A stretch of 64,000 nucleotides of DNA from Felis catus (Eukaryota): assembly GCF_018350175.1 (NCBI RefSeq), contig NC_058368.1:132806001-132870000 (forward strand), given 5' to 3'. Positions 51,790 to 63,560 of the stretch are shown here, in pieces. How positions within the stretch are numbered: the first letter of the stretch is position 1; every line of letters starts with the position of its first letter. Position numbers and translations under genes: made by a program. Under the pieces are notes generated by a model. That model made no database searches, had not been told where the DNA came from, and saw nothing but the letters and a program-made list of their open reading frames with translations.

Positions 51790-54713
51790 TTTATGTATGT
51801 ATGTATGTATGTATGTATGTATGTATGTATGTATATAGTTAACTTTTTGACCCCCTTTACCGATTTCTCCCAACCCCCTCCCCCACCTCTGGCAACCACC
51901 AATCTGTTTTCTACATATAGGAGGTTTTTTGTTTGTTTTTGTTTGGTTTTAGATTCCACATATAAGAGAGATCAAATGGTATTTGTTTTTCTCTGTCTGA
52001 CTTATTTAACTTAGTCTAATGTCCTCAAGATCCATCCATCCAAGTTATTGCAAGTTGGCAAGATCTCACTTCTTTTTTATGGCTGAGTAATATGCATGTA
52101 TGTGTGCCTGCATGTGCTGCAGTGAATATGGGTGTGAATAAATCTTTATGAGTTAGTGTTTTTGTTTTCTTCAGATAAATACCCGCACATGGAATTGCTG
52201 GATCATATGACTGGATCACTTTTTTTTTTTTTTTTTTTTTGAGGGAACTTCATACTGTTTTCTATAGTAGCTGTTCCAGTTTACATTCTCATTAGAAGTA
52301 CAGAAGAGTTCCCTTTTCTCCAAATCCTTACCAATACTTGTTATTTCTTGTCTTTTTGATAATATCCATTCTAAAAGGTGAGAGGTGATAATCTTATGAT
52401 GTACAAATAGTTTCTCTGATGATTAGTGATGTTGAACATCTTTTCCTGTATCTGTTGGCCATCTGTATGGTTTTTTTTTTTTTTTTTGAAAAGCATTTGT
52501 TCAGATCTTCTGCCCATTTTTAATTGGATTTTTTTTTTTGTCATTAAGGTATAGAAGTTCTATATTTTAAATACTAGCCTCTTACCAGATATATGGCTTG
52601 CATATATTTTCTTCTCTTCTATAGGTTACCTTTTCATTCTGTTGATGGTTTCTTTTGCTGTGCTAGAGACTTTTTAGTATGATGTAGTCCTACTTATTAT
52701 GTTTGCTTTTGTTGATTTTGGTGTCAGATTAAAAAAATCATCACCAAGTCAAGAAGCTTACCTACCTGTGTTTTCTTGTAGGAGTTTTATGGTTTTGGGT
52801 CTTATGTTTAAGTCTTTAATCCAATTTGAGTTAATTTTTATGTACAATGTTAAGATAGTGGTCAAGTTTCATTCTTTTGCATGTGACTGTCCAGTTTTGT
52901 CCCCACTCTCATTTATTGAAGGGACTGTATATTCTTGGCTCCTTTGTTGTAAATTAATTGTGTATGAATGGATATATTTTTGAGTGTTCTGTTCCATTGG
53001 TCTCTCTGTTTTTATGGCATTATCATGTTGTTTTAATAACTGTAGCTCTATAGCTTTGTAATATACTTTTTTTTTAAATTTTTTTTTTTTGAACGTTTAT
53101 TTATTTTTGGGACAGAGAGAGACAGAGCATGAACGGGGGAGGGGCAGAGAGAGAGGGAGACACAGAATCGGAAACAGGCTCCAGGCTCTGAGCCATCAGC
53201 CCAGAGCCCGACGCGGGGCTCGAACTCACGGACTGAGAGATCGTGACCTGGCTAAAGTCGGACGCTTAACCGACTGCGCCACCCAGGCGCCCCTGCTTTG
53301 TAATATACTTTGAAATCACAAGTATGATGCTGCTAGCTTTGTTCTTTCACAAAATTACTTTGGCTCTTTGGAGTTTGTTTTCTTGTTTTGTGTGGTATCG
53401 TACAAATTTTAGGATTCTAATTTTTTTGAAAAATACCATTGGGATTTTGATAGAGATTGCATAGAATCTTTAGATTGCTGGGGCGCCTGGGTGGCTCAGT
53501 CAGTTGAGCATCCGACTTCGGCTCAGGTCATGATCTCACGGTCCGTGAGTTCGAGGCCCACGTCGGGCTCTGTGCTGACAGCTCGGAGCCTGGAGCCTGC
53601 TTTGGATTCTGTGTCTCCCTCTCTCTGACCCTCCCCTGTTCATGCTCTGTCTCTCTCTGTCTCAAAAATAAATAAACATTAAAAAAAAAGAAAAGGATCT
53701 TTAGATTGCTTTGGATAGTATGGACTTTGTACTCCTACTGATTCTTCTAGTTTATGAGTATGGAATAGCTTTTCATTTATTTGTGTCTTTAATTTCTTTC
53801 ATTAATGTTTTGGAATTTTCAATATTCAGATCTTTCACCTTCATTAACTTTATTCCTAGGTATTTTATTCTTAGATACAATTGTAAATGGGATTGTTGTC
53901 TTTTTTTTTCTGAAAATTTCTTATTAGAAATTCAACTGATTTTTGTATCCTGCAACTTTACTGAATTCACTTAATTAGGTTTAATAGTTTTTTGATGAAG
54001 TCTTTAGGGTTTTTGTATATACTATTATGTCATTTGCAAATAGTGACATTTTTATTTTTTGCTTTCCAGTTTGGATGCCTTTTATTTCTTTTTCTTGCCT
54101 GATTGCTGTAGCTAGGACTAGATAGCTTCACTGGTGAATTCTGTCAAATATTCAAAGAAGCATTAATACCTATCCTTTTCAAACTCTTCCAGAGAATATA
54201 AGGAGAAGGAAGTCTTACAGACTTACTTTATGAGGCTTTCATTGCCTTTATACCAAAACCAGAGAAAGATGCCAAAAGAAAAGAAAATCACAGGGCTATA
54301 TTCCTGATTAACATAGATGTAAAAATCCTCGAGAAAATATTAGTAAACTGAATTGAACAATACATTAAAAGGATCATACACTATGATCAAGTGAGGTTTA
54401 TTCTAGGGAAGTAGAGATGGGTCAACATCTATAAATCAGTCCGTGTGATGTATTATATTAACAAAATGAAGGGTAAAAATCATGATCATCTTAGTAAATG
54501 TGGAGTAAACATTTGACAAAAATTCAACATCCAGTTATGGTAAAAATTCTCAACAAAGTGAGTATAAAAGGAACATACCTTAATATAATAAAGGCCATAT
54601 ATGACAAGCCCACAGCTGACATTCTACTCGGTGAAAAGCTGAAAATCTTTCTTCTAAGATTAGGAATGAAACAAAGATACCCACTCTTGCCCCCTTTTTT
54701 TTCACCATAGTAT
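51790..54713 (-). mobile_element. L1 with inverted 5' segment (54120-54713 on +), carrying nested SINEs 53067-53293(- young) and 53480-53692(+)
   Basis: Reverse-strand L1 3'UTR/ORF2 runs to 54119, then forward-strand RT-region sequence (KIQHPVMVKILNKVSIKGTYLNIIKAIYDKPTADI). SINE TSDs gctttgtaatatacttt and atctttagattgct. Confidence 0.88.
51792..51833. repeat. (TATG)n microsatellite
   Basis: About 10 TATG units at the L1 3' end. Confidence 0.93.
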
Positions 54714-55969
54714 TTGATTTTACATCTTCATTGCTGTTGGTTACATGGATTTATACAGTTTCCAGACTGTAAGGATCTATTTCATTATGTAAGTAAAATG
54801 TAGAAATGTAAAAATGGACATTTTTGCAAATGTGGACCTCTTTAGTAACTTCTATTTGTATATCTACTACTATTATGTATGTAAGATTTTTTAAAAACAT
54901 GTTTAGGCTAACCATCATTTGATATGAAAATTGGATTAGTAGTGCTGGTATTGAAGAAACTCAGATTTCTACTAGATTAGAATCAGGCCAGTAAAGTTCA
55001 GACATTGATGTTGGTCTTATAGCCATAAGTGAAACTTAGCTATTTGATCAGACTCCTTTCTCATTTCCTGCTGTATGTTGTAGGCATAGCACATTTTATA
55101 CATTCAGTTATTGATTTTTCCTTCAGGATCAAATGTTCTTAATAGCATTTATACTTTTTTCATTGAACAAGTTTCTTACCTTTTTTTTTTTCTTTCTTAT
55201 CACTATTTTCATTGTTTACTATTCATGTACTTACCCATATGAGTTAATAGTGTCCTTTATAAAATTGCCTCAGAACTAAGGACAGGTATACCAAATATAA
55301 ATTAGCAAACAACTGTGATAGCCTTGATTAAACTAAAATGATCTTATACAACCACTAAGTGTCAACTAATAGCTGTGGGCATGCCTGAGGAGCCTTTGTT
55401 CTACATTTTAACTTTTGAACTCATTTAGAAAGATTAGTCCAACATTGAAATTTCTGTCAAATCTAGTTAGATATATTGTGTGATCTCTTCAAATCAATAG
55501 GAAAATATAATGTACTGTATTTTTAAAAACTTTTATAGTGACTTCACTTTTCAGTCTTTACAGTAATCCAAGCTAAGAGTTTGTCATAATAATAGCAGAG
55601 AATGGAGAGGGAGAAAAGATGGTGGTTTGAGCATAGATGAAATAAGATTGAGCATGTATTTATAATTGTTGAGAATGTTGGAGAAAAAGAAGTACATCTG
55701 CACTTTAAAATAAAGAATCTTAAGTTTTATATCTAATCTCCAAAATAAGAATCTCTTGAAAGAAGTTATAATAATCTATATTTTTGAAAAATACCCTATG
55801 TGTGTTTTATTTGGCTAGTTATACCATTGCACCCAAGGTCTGTTTTGTTTTCTTTTCTCTTCCTCCTCATGAGCAGTTTCTTTATTGGTGGGAGATCTTG
55901 CTATGACAATCTATGAATTGTTGCCCAAATCTCTTTATAAAAATTTACCAGTGGGCTCTTAAAAAGAAG

Positions 55970-56138
55970 CTGCCTGAGTGGCTCACTCAGTTAAGTGTCT
56001 GTCTCTTGATTTCAGCTCAGGTCATGATCTCATGGTTTGGGAGATGAAGCCCCATATCAGTCTCTGAGCTGACAACGCAGAGTTTGTTTGGGATTCTGTC
56101 TCCCACTCTGTCTGCTCACCATCCCCCCTCCCCCATCT

Positions 56139-56189
<51 letters not shown>

Positions 56190-56724
56190 TTCTGTCTCTC
56201 TTTCTCTCTCTCAAAACAACATTTTTAAAAAATTTACCAGTGAGCTCTTCTAATTAGATTATTCCAGTTGCTTACAAATCAGCTTGTTGTGACTCCTGAT
56301 TCACATTCTACTCTCGCTACTGCTCTATTTTTCTAATGTCCTTTTAGCCAAAGTACCCGAATTATCTTTATTTGTTATGTCAGGTTATCCTCTTTTTTCT
56401 TCATTAACCTCCAACATTATTTTGTTTCCACCACTCCATAATAAATGATCTTGTCAAGATGACCAGTGACTTACTTTAATACACAATGACAGTTCTTTTT
56501 TTTCTTAAAAAAAAAAATTTTTTTTTTACATTTATTTATTTTTGATAGAGACACAGCACAAGTGGGGGAGGGGCAGAGAAAGAAGGAGACGCAGAATCTG
56601 AAGCAGGCTCCAGGCTTCGAGCTGTGAGCACACAGCCTGACACAGGGCTCGAACTCATGAACTGTGAGATCATGACCTGAGCCGAAGTCGGACACTTAAA
56701 CGACTGAGCCACCCAGGCACCCCC
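55970..56724. mobile_element. Can-SINEs 55970-56230(+, expanded (CT)n) and 56495-56724(-)
   Basis: Heads and tails. The minus copy has TSD aca(a/g)tgacagttctt. Confidence 0.88.
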
Positions 56725-58279
56725 ACAGTGACAGTTCTTAAATTCTGATTAACATAGTTGATAACTTCTTTCATCTTGAAACATTTTTTTTTCTCACTTT
56801 GCCTTTAGGATATTACTTGGACTCATTGCTTCTCTTCAGTGTCTTTTGCTTGTTCTATCTCTTCTTTCTGATCTCTTATTTTTGTAATATTTCAGGGCTT
56901 AATCATTGGCCCTATTCTCTTTTTTGTCTGTGCTCATGCTCTTGATGCTTTCATCTAAATTCATTGCTTTAAATATCATCTGTAGGCAGATGACTTCCAA
57001 ATTTATATTCTCAGTTTGGATCTGTCCCCACATCTCTGAATGCCCATATTCAGCTGCTTACTAAGGATCCCACTAGGACATCTTTCAGGTATTTTAAACT
57101 AACATTTCTAAACACAGATATCTCATCTAGGCTCTCTCCAGACTGCTCTTGCATATAGCGTTATTCTGGTTCAGCTTATTGGCAGTTCTGTTCTACCAGA
57201 CTGTCACATATGTAGGAGTATGTTGAATGACAAATTTAGTGACCATCTTTGCTTGCTATACACAAAGGTATTTTTTGTAGCATGTGTTACAAGTAGAATT
57301 TGTGGTGAAGCTTAAACAACTAAGTAGTACTAAACCATTTAGCATGGGGGAAAATAGCCCAATAAATTTAGGGTGACTCTAAAATTTGGAACATAAATTT
57401 ATGAATATTACCAATTTTTTAATAGAAAGGTTATGATGTATTTTTGTTAATGTTACTGTTTCAAGTTCAGGCTGTTTCACTTTGTAATGTATTGGCTGTA
57501 CATGCAGAAAACTTCACAATGGCTTAAGAAAGTGGGGGATTTAGTTTTCTTACATATCAAGACATTCAAAAGTAGGCATTGGTTAACATTGGTCCAGCTT
57601 GTTTTGTCTTTCTACTTTGTCAGGCTTATTAGCTGGTTTCTCATACTCACACTTGTTAACTTAATGGTCATAGGATTATGGTTGCAGCAGTAGACATGTT
57701 TACATCTGTCCCAGGATAAGGAAAACAAATGTCTGCCCATAACCAACCTCATTCCATCCCCAAAGCAGACTTCATATGTCACGGATCTCAACTATGTCAT
57801 CTAACCCCTGTGCACCCTTTTTGGAAGGCTCAGTTGTGGATCTTTAGCTGGGTCCATTACCACCATGAATAAAGTAAAATTTCTGGAAAGGAAGGAATAG
57901 AATCTGATCAGCATTTAGCATTGTATGCCTCCCAAAACAATCAAAAACTACTAAATTTAAATATAATTGGTAATTAGAATTTGTTTTGCTTAGAAAAAAA
58001 TTATTATTTCTCAGTAGGTTCAAATAAATGGGATTTTAATGGTAGATAGGCATTTGGTATTTGATATACGTAAGGGCTCACCATAGTTGACAAATGTATT
58101 AAAAACCAGTGGTTAAGAAGCTCCTTTTGTATTTAGAAGATAACAAGTTTGTTTGTTTACACTGGTGAATTTTTGATAATTTTAACTTACATTTTGAGGC
58201 AAATAAATTAGAAGAGATGATCCTTAAAATCATAAAGATCTATTTTTATTGTTAATTTTGTTTCTTTTCATTTCCATAG

Positions 58280-58327
58280 AATGTTGGCTCAATTAAGAAA
58301 CATCAGGGAGAGAACTTCAACCCAGTG
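58280..58327 (+). other. ERBIN: ERBIN 5'UTR exon 2 (48 nt)
   Basis: Strong acceptor (ttttgtttcttttcatttccatag|A) and near-consensus donor (GTG|gtaagt) in unique sequence. It matches my recollection of the mammalian ERBIN mRNA leader (AATGTTGGCTCAATTAAGAAACATCAGGGAG...). Confidence 0.85.
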
Positions 58328-58914
58328 GTAAGTAGCTTTAATTTCTTTTGTTAGTCTTATTCTTTTGTTTGTATTATTATTATGACTTTTTTCTTGGTTG
58401 GCTTCTCTTTCTGCATTTGATTAGAATATTTTTTATGTGTCCCAGGTTAAGTCTGGTTTATAAAGTGGCTCTTGCTTACCATTACATTAAAATTCTTATG
58501 AACATTCCCCAAGTTGATCACTTCCTTTTCAAACCTGACCAGGCTTTCTTCCTTTGGTTTACTTCCTAGTAGTATTGTGTAAGGGAGGATCTCTTTGGTT
58601 GTTAGTATTCATTTATTTCTTTCATATGGTATTTTACTCCTGTGCCCTCAATGATTAAGGTCCCTTTCCTTTCTTAACAATCAGCAGTTTTAGTCTGCTA
58701 AATTAGGGTCCATTTTTGTATTGGCTTGAGGCCCCCTGAATTTAATCTAAGGTCTAAACTGCTTTCTTCGTAGCCTCTGTCAACAAGAGGTTTTTACTTA
58801 AGATGTAACCTTTTTCCTAAAGCATCTGATCTTCGTTTTTTTTTAATGGTTTTTAAAATTTATTAAATATAAAATAGTTTATAAAATTTATTTTTAAAAT
58901 AGTTTTAAAAATTT

Positions 58915-59440
58915 ATTAATTTTGCGAGAGTCAGAGATAGCGTGAGTAGGGGAGGGGCAGAGAGAGAAAATCCCAAGCAGGCTCCGCGCTACCAGCACAG
59001 AGCCCAATGTGGGGCTCAAACTCACTAACTGAGATCATGAAGTGAGCCGAAACTAAGAGTCGGAGCCTTAACTAACTGAGTCACCCAGGTGCCCCTAATC
59101 TTCCTTTTCTGAATTCATTTTCTCTTCTGATATGTTTTAGAATTTCTGACTATCTGTCTGCAACATGATCTATGGTTAGCACTACAGAAGAACCTTGGAT
59201 GTTGTTTTACCTTCGTTAACCTTTACTCTGGGGGTGCCTGAATGGCTCATTCGGTTGAACATCTGACTCTCGATTTTGACTCAGGTCATAATCTCTGGAT
59301 GGTGAGATCAATCTCCGCTTTGGACTCAGTGCTGAATGTGGAGCCTGCTTGGGATTCTTTCTCTCCCTCTCTTTTCCCCTCCCTATCTCGTGTACACACG
59401 CTGGTGCTCTCTCTCTCAAAATAAATAAGCAATAAAAAGA
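58915..59440. mobile_element. Can-SINEs 58915-59095(-) and 59230-59440(+)
   Basis: Divergent pair in ERBIN intron 2. Confidence 0.87.
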
Positions 59441-59697
59441 ACACATTCTGTCTTGTAAATTGTCTTATGCTTCAAGTGTGCTGCACGCATGACAACATCT
59501 CAGATAAATACGTTCTTTTAAGTTACATATATTTGGTAGTAAACATTTCATGCCCAGTTATAGTCCCAAATCCATTACGATTTCTGGGATTTTTAGGCCC
59601 TGTCTTCCAAGTTTTGGGGTACTATCGTATTATATAAATAAAAGCATATAGTAGTTATAATATGGTGAACCAGAGCAATAGTTTCAAACTTTGAACC

Positions 59698-59907
59698 CAC
59701 ATTGCCCCATCGAACTTTCTGCACTAATAGAAATGTTCTCAATCTTCTTGTACTGAGTATAGTATCCACTAGCCACATGTGGCTGTTGAACTTTTAAAAT
59801 GTGCGTAGTGTGACTGATAAAAGAGAATTTTAATTTGATTTGATTTAACTTGAATTTTAAGGTTAAAATGGCTATGTGTCCAGTGGCTACCATATTGGAA
59901 AGAGCAG
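59698..59907. mobile_element. MER3-like hAT-Charlie MITE
   Basis: 'gaactttctgcactaatagaaatgttct', palindromic 'tagccacatgtggct', end 'gtggctaccatattggaaagagcag'. ~210 bp. Confidence 0.8.
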
Positions 59908-60182
59908 ATTGAATTCCCCATTGTTCTTAAGTGTTGTCTTAACTCATTATCAGTTGAAATCTTAGAATCCCTGCAGCAAGAAATTTCATATTCATTTTTG
60001 GAATCTTTTATTTTGGCTATCCCATAAACACACAAGTATAAGCTAAATTCCCCTTTAGCAATGAAATTCTCATTAGGTCAATAAAACTGCTTATTCTTGG
60101 CAGTAAAACACACCTTCATATAAACATAGATTATTAATAAGCATTCAGTAAACTTTTCTGGATATTTCTTTGTTGACAAAGT

Positions 60183-60710
60183 TTTTTTGTATTGAAGTAT
60201 AATGGACATGTAACATTATATTCATTTCAGGTGTACAACATGATTCATTATATGTATATATTGCTAAATGTCCACCACAATAAATCTAATTAATTAACAT
60301 TCATTACCATATGTAGTTAACAAATTTTTTTCTTACAATGAGAAATTTTTTTTAGAATTTTTTTTAAGTTTATTCATTTATTATTTCTGAGAGAGAGAGA
60401 GAGAGAGAGAGAGGGAAGGAGAGGGAGAAAGAGAGAGAGAGAGAGTGTGCACAAGCAGGATGGGGCAGAAAGAGAGGGAGACACAGAATCCAAAGCAGGC
60501 TCCAGGCTCTGAGCTATCAGCATAGAGCCCAAACAGGGCTCCAACCCACAGACTGTGAGTTCATGACCTAAGCCAAAGTTGGATGCCTGATTGTGCTACC
60601 CAGGCACCCCTCCATGAGAACTTTTTAAGATCTCTCTCAGCAGTTTTCAAATATGCAGTACAGTATTATTATTAATTACAGTCACCATGCTGTATGTTAT
60701 ATTCCCATGA
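60183..60710 (-). mobile_element. L1MA-type 3' end interrupted by a SINE (~60345-60610)
   Basis: 'attgaagtataatggacatgtaacattatattcatttcaggtgtacaacatgatt', resuming after the SINE at 'atgagaactttttaagatctctctcagcag'. Confidence 0.8.
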
Positions 60711-60753
60711 GACAAAGATACTATGTAGTAGAAACTTTTGTTTAACACCATAG

Positions 60754-61494
60754 TGTAGGGGAGGAAAAATTTTTCTTTGACCCTTTTAGGGTCTTTGGCT
60801 GGATGTAAAAAGTAAACTTACAAAGACAGATTAAAGGGAGAAAGCATGCAAATTTATTTAATGCAAGTGTTTTAATTTTTTTTAATGTTTATTGTATTTT
60901 TGAGAGAGAAAGAGAGAGACAGCATGAGTGGGGGAATGGCACAGAGAGAGAGGGAGACACAGATTCTGAAACAGGCTCCAGGCTCTGAGCTGTCAGCACA
61001 GAGCCCGACCCGGGGCTTGAGCTCACTTGGCTAGGTCATGACCTGAACCAAAAGTCAGATGCTTAACTGACTGAGCCACCCGGGTGCCCTATTTAATGCA
61101 AGTTTTAAGTGGCACAGGAGCCTTCATAACGAGTAAGGACCTAAAGAAACCATTAAAACTTAATATTTTTATACTACATTTGTTGAAGAGTGTAAAGTTG
61201 TGTAGAAGTATAATAGGTCAGAGTATGAGGTTAAGTGTAGTAAAGTGGGGGAAATTTAGTAAATCCCGTTTTTTAGGACTTTTCTCCATTCTTCAGAGAT
61301 GGGGCTGCTATTTTCTTCCAGGTATAAGGAAGGTCCCTGTCACATAAGGATTTTATGATCTGTTTCAGGAGAGAAGTGTAAGGGTAAGCGAGCATGACCT
61401 TTCTGCTTCTGCTGTTTTCTCAGACTCTTTAAGTGTAAAATATTCAGTATGTCAAGGTGCCATACCTTGGAGTGTTGTGTTCTGAGCTCCATCA
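60754..61494 (-). mobile_element. ERV1-class solo LTR with nested SINE (~60870-61089)
   Basis: TG...CA termini; right end 'aaaatattcagtatgtcaaggtgccataccttggagtgttgtgttctgagctccatca' resembles MER4-group/carnivore LTRs. SINE TSD tatttaatgcaagt. Confidence 0.6.
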
Positions 61495-61841
61495 GTATTT
61501 TGTTTTTGTAAACTATGAAGAAGTGCGTAATAAAGTCCTATTGATATTTTAATCATTTCGAGAAGCTGAGTTCAAGTGTATCATTATATATTGAGAAGCA
61601 GTCTAATAAGAGCACAGAATCAGTTTTATTATGGAAAAATAGGGATTATAGTATATGTGTTGGAAAGGTATAGCAGGTTGAAATGAGAATATACATATAT
61701 TTTACCTAAAGAACTTAGCACAGTGCCTGGCATATAAATTGACTAAGAATAGTCATATTTTTTAAAAGATTGCAGGTGGAATACTTATTGTTGTAAAACA
61801 TTTTAAGAATATCATATAATTTGAAATAGAACTGTTAGAAG

Positions 61842-62302
61842 CAGTGCCTTGCCTAGCCATATTGAAACCTGAGGCAAAATAGGGGTGTCTGGGTGGCTCA
61901 GTTGGTTAAGCATCCAATTTCAGCTCAGGTCATGATCTTATGGTTCATGGATTCGAGCCCCGACTGGGGCTCTGTGCTGAGCTCAGAGCCTGGAGCCTAC
62001 TTTGGATTCTGTGTTACCCTCTGCCCCTCCTCTGCTTGCACTCTGTCTTTCTCTCTCAAAAATAAATAAACATTAAAAAAAATAAAAAATAAAAAAACCT
62101 GAGCCAAAATAAAAAAGTTCATAATACCTATCCTGTGTTTATTTTAAAAATAGTCATTTTGTTCATAAACAGATCATTTTTCAGTGATTTTAATTAAATA
62201 ATACATTAAAATTTTTAATTTGATTACTGCATTGTTTTGGTGCTTCTTATATTTTGTGCTTGAGGTAATTGCTTCACTGGTTTCAACCTAGTCTTGGCCC
62301 TG
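61842..62302. mobile_element. hAT MITE (MER96-like) with nested sense SINE (61882-62095)
   Basis: Termini cagtgcc ... ctagtcttggccctg. SINE TSD aaacctgag(g/c)caaaata. Confidence 0.5.
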
Positions 62303-63115
62303 GTTGGAAGTGATCTATTACTCTAATAGTCATCTGTTCAAAGCAAGAATTTATCATTTTACAAAGAATTGATTACTGATTGGCAGTTAGTCTTATTTAT
62401 TGAAGTAGGTTTTCTTTGGTAATATAATCTTAGACCAGTTGGAATTAACCTATGTGTACACACTGTATTTTTAATAAAATTAGCCTAGAAAATTTTCACT
62501 AATTCAGAATTAAACCTTTCCCCCATTTAGTTTGAAACAATGAGATTGGTAAACCCTTTAATGAAGCCAGTTTATTCTCTAATGTGTAACCTTACACAAA
62601 TATAAGACTTTTAAGTTCTTTAGAAAAATTAAAAGGCCAATATTTAATTGGAACAAAATAAACTTGGCATGTACTGGAATTTTGATGTGGAAGATCAAAA
62701 CTCAAAACTTCCTACTTCCTACTCAAAACTGCAAAGAGTCAAATTCTTAATTAAAAAATAGCTCTTACCTGGAAATTAAGGAAATCTTTTTGTTGTATTA
62801 GGATTTTTCTAGTTGAGTATAAGCAAGACTCGTCAAGCATTGTTCTTACAGAAGCATATAAGTGGTTATTTAACAGGTCATTTTTTTAAAGTAGGGAAGT
62901 ACTTGAGTTCATTTGAAATTCAGTATATAAATATATATAAATTTAGATAGTAAAACAATGTTAAATATATTCCATTGGATGTGTGTAAAGGAGAAGATAC
63001 TTATCTTTGATATATAAATTGTGATAAATGAATTGGAATTATTTGTTTTGAAAAATTGTTGGCTATAATATGTATAACTAAATTTATTTTTATTTGAATA
63101 TTGCAGTGTCTAAAA

Positions 63116-63304
63116 ATGACTACAAAACGAAGTTTGTTTGTGCGGTTGGTACCATGTCGGTGTCTACGAGGGGAAGAGGAGACTGTAACTACCCTTGATT
63201 ATTCTCATTGCAGTTTGGAACAGGTTCCCAAAGAGATTTTTACTTTTGAGAAAACTTTGGAGGAACTCTATTTAGATGCTAATCAGATTGAAGAGCTTCC
63301 AAAG
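63116..63304 (+). CDS. ERBIN: ERBIN (Erbin, LAP-family LRR/PDZ protein) first coding exon, codons 1-63; gene continues beyond the window
   Basis: Translates to [63 protein letters not shown], the Erbin N-terminus and first LRRs. Acceptor ttgcag|T at 63106/63107, 9-nt UTR, ATG in AAAATGA context, phase-0 donor AAG|gtatgt at 63304/63305. Confidence 0.96.
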
Positions 63305-63342
63305 GTATGTTAATACTATCTTTTAAGAATTACCTTTGGTTT

Positions 63343-63560
63343 GGGGTGCCTAGGTGGCTCAGTTGGTCAAGTGCATGACTTCAGCTAAGATCATGATCTC
63401 ACAGTTCCTGGCTTCAAGCCCCACAACCGGCTCTGTGTGCTGACAGCTCAGAGCCTGGAGCCTGCTTCAGATTCTGTGTCTCCTTCTCTCTCTGCCCCTC
63501 CCCTACTCGCACTCTGTCTCTCTCTCAAAAATAAACATTAAAAAAAATTAAAAAAAAAGA
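63343..63560 (+). mobile_element. Can-SINE 38 nt downstream of the first coding exon donor
   Basis: Full head-CT-tail structure. TSD aagaatt(a/g)cct(t/g)tggtt. Confidence 0.92.

Noticed and set aside
43191..54713. L1 ORF2 fragments (endonuclease, RT, C-terminal) as a possible active element
   Set aside because: They belong to separate truncated insertions of different ages, with stops and frameshifts. No intact ORF1/ORF2 is present.
1215..59446. Dozens of similar short ORFs (e.g. MAQSVKRPTSAQ..., LEPASDSVSPSLS) that look like a peptide family
   Set aside because: All are translations of Can-SINE copies, not a gene family.
63101..63313. ORF-track call of a 70-aa protein starting MQCLK and ending KVC*
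   Set aside because: The TTG start lies in the intron acceptor and the end runs past the donor. The real coding segment is 63116-63304.
1217..63560. tRNA-like A/B-box sequences (GGTGGCTCAGTCGGTTAAGC...GTTCGAGCCCC)
   Set aside because: These are SINE heads followed by CT tracts, A tails and TSDs, not tRNA genes.
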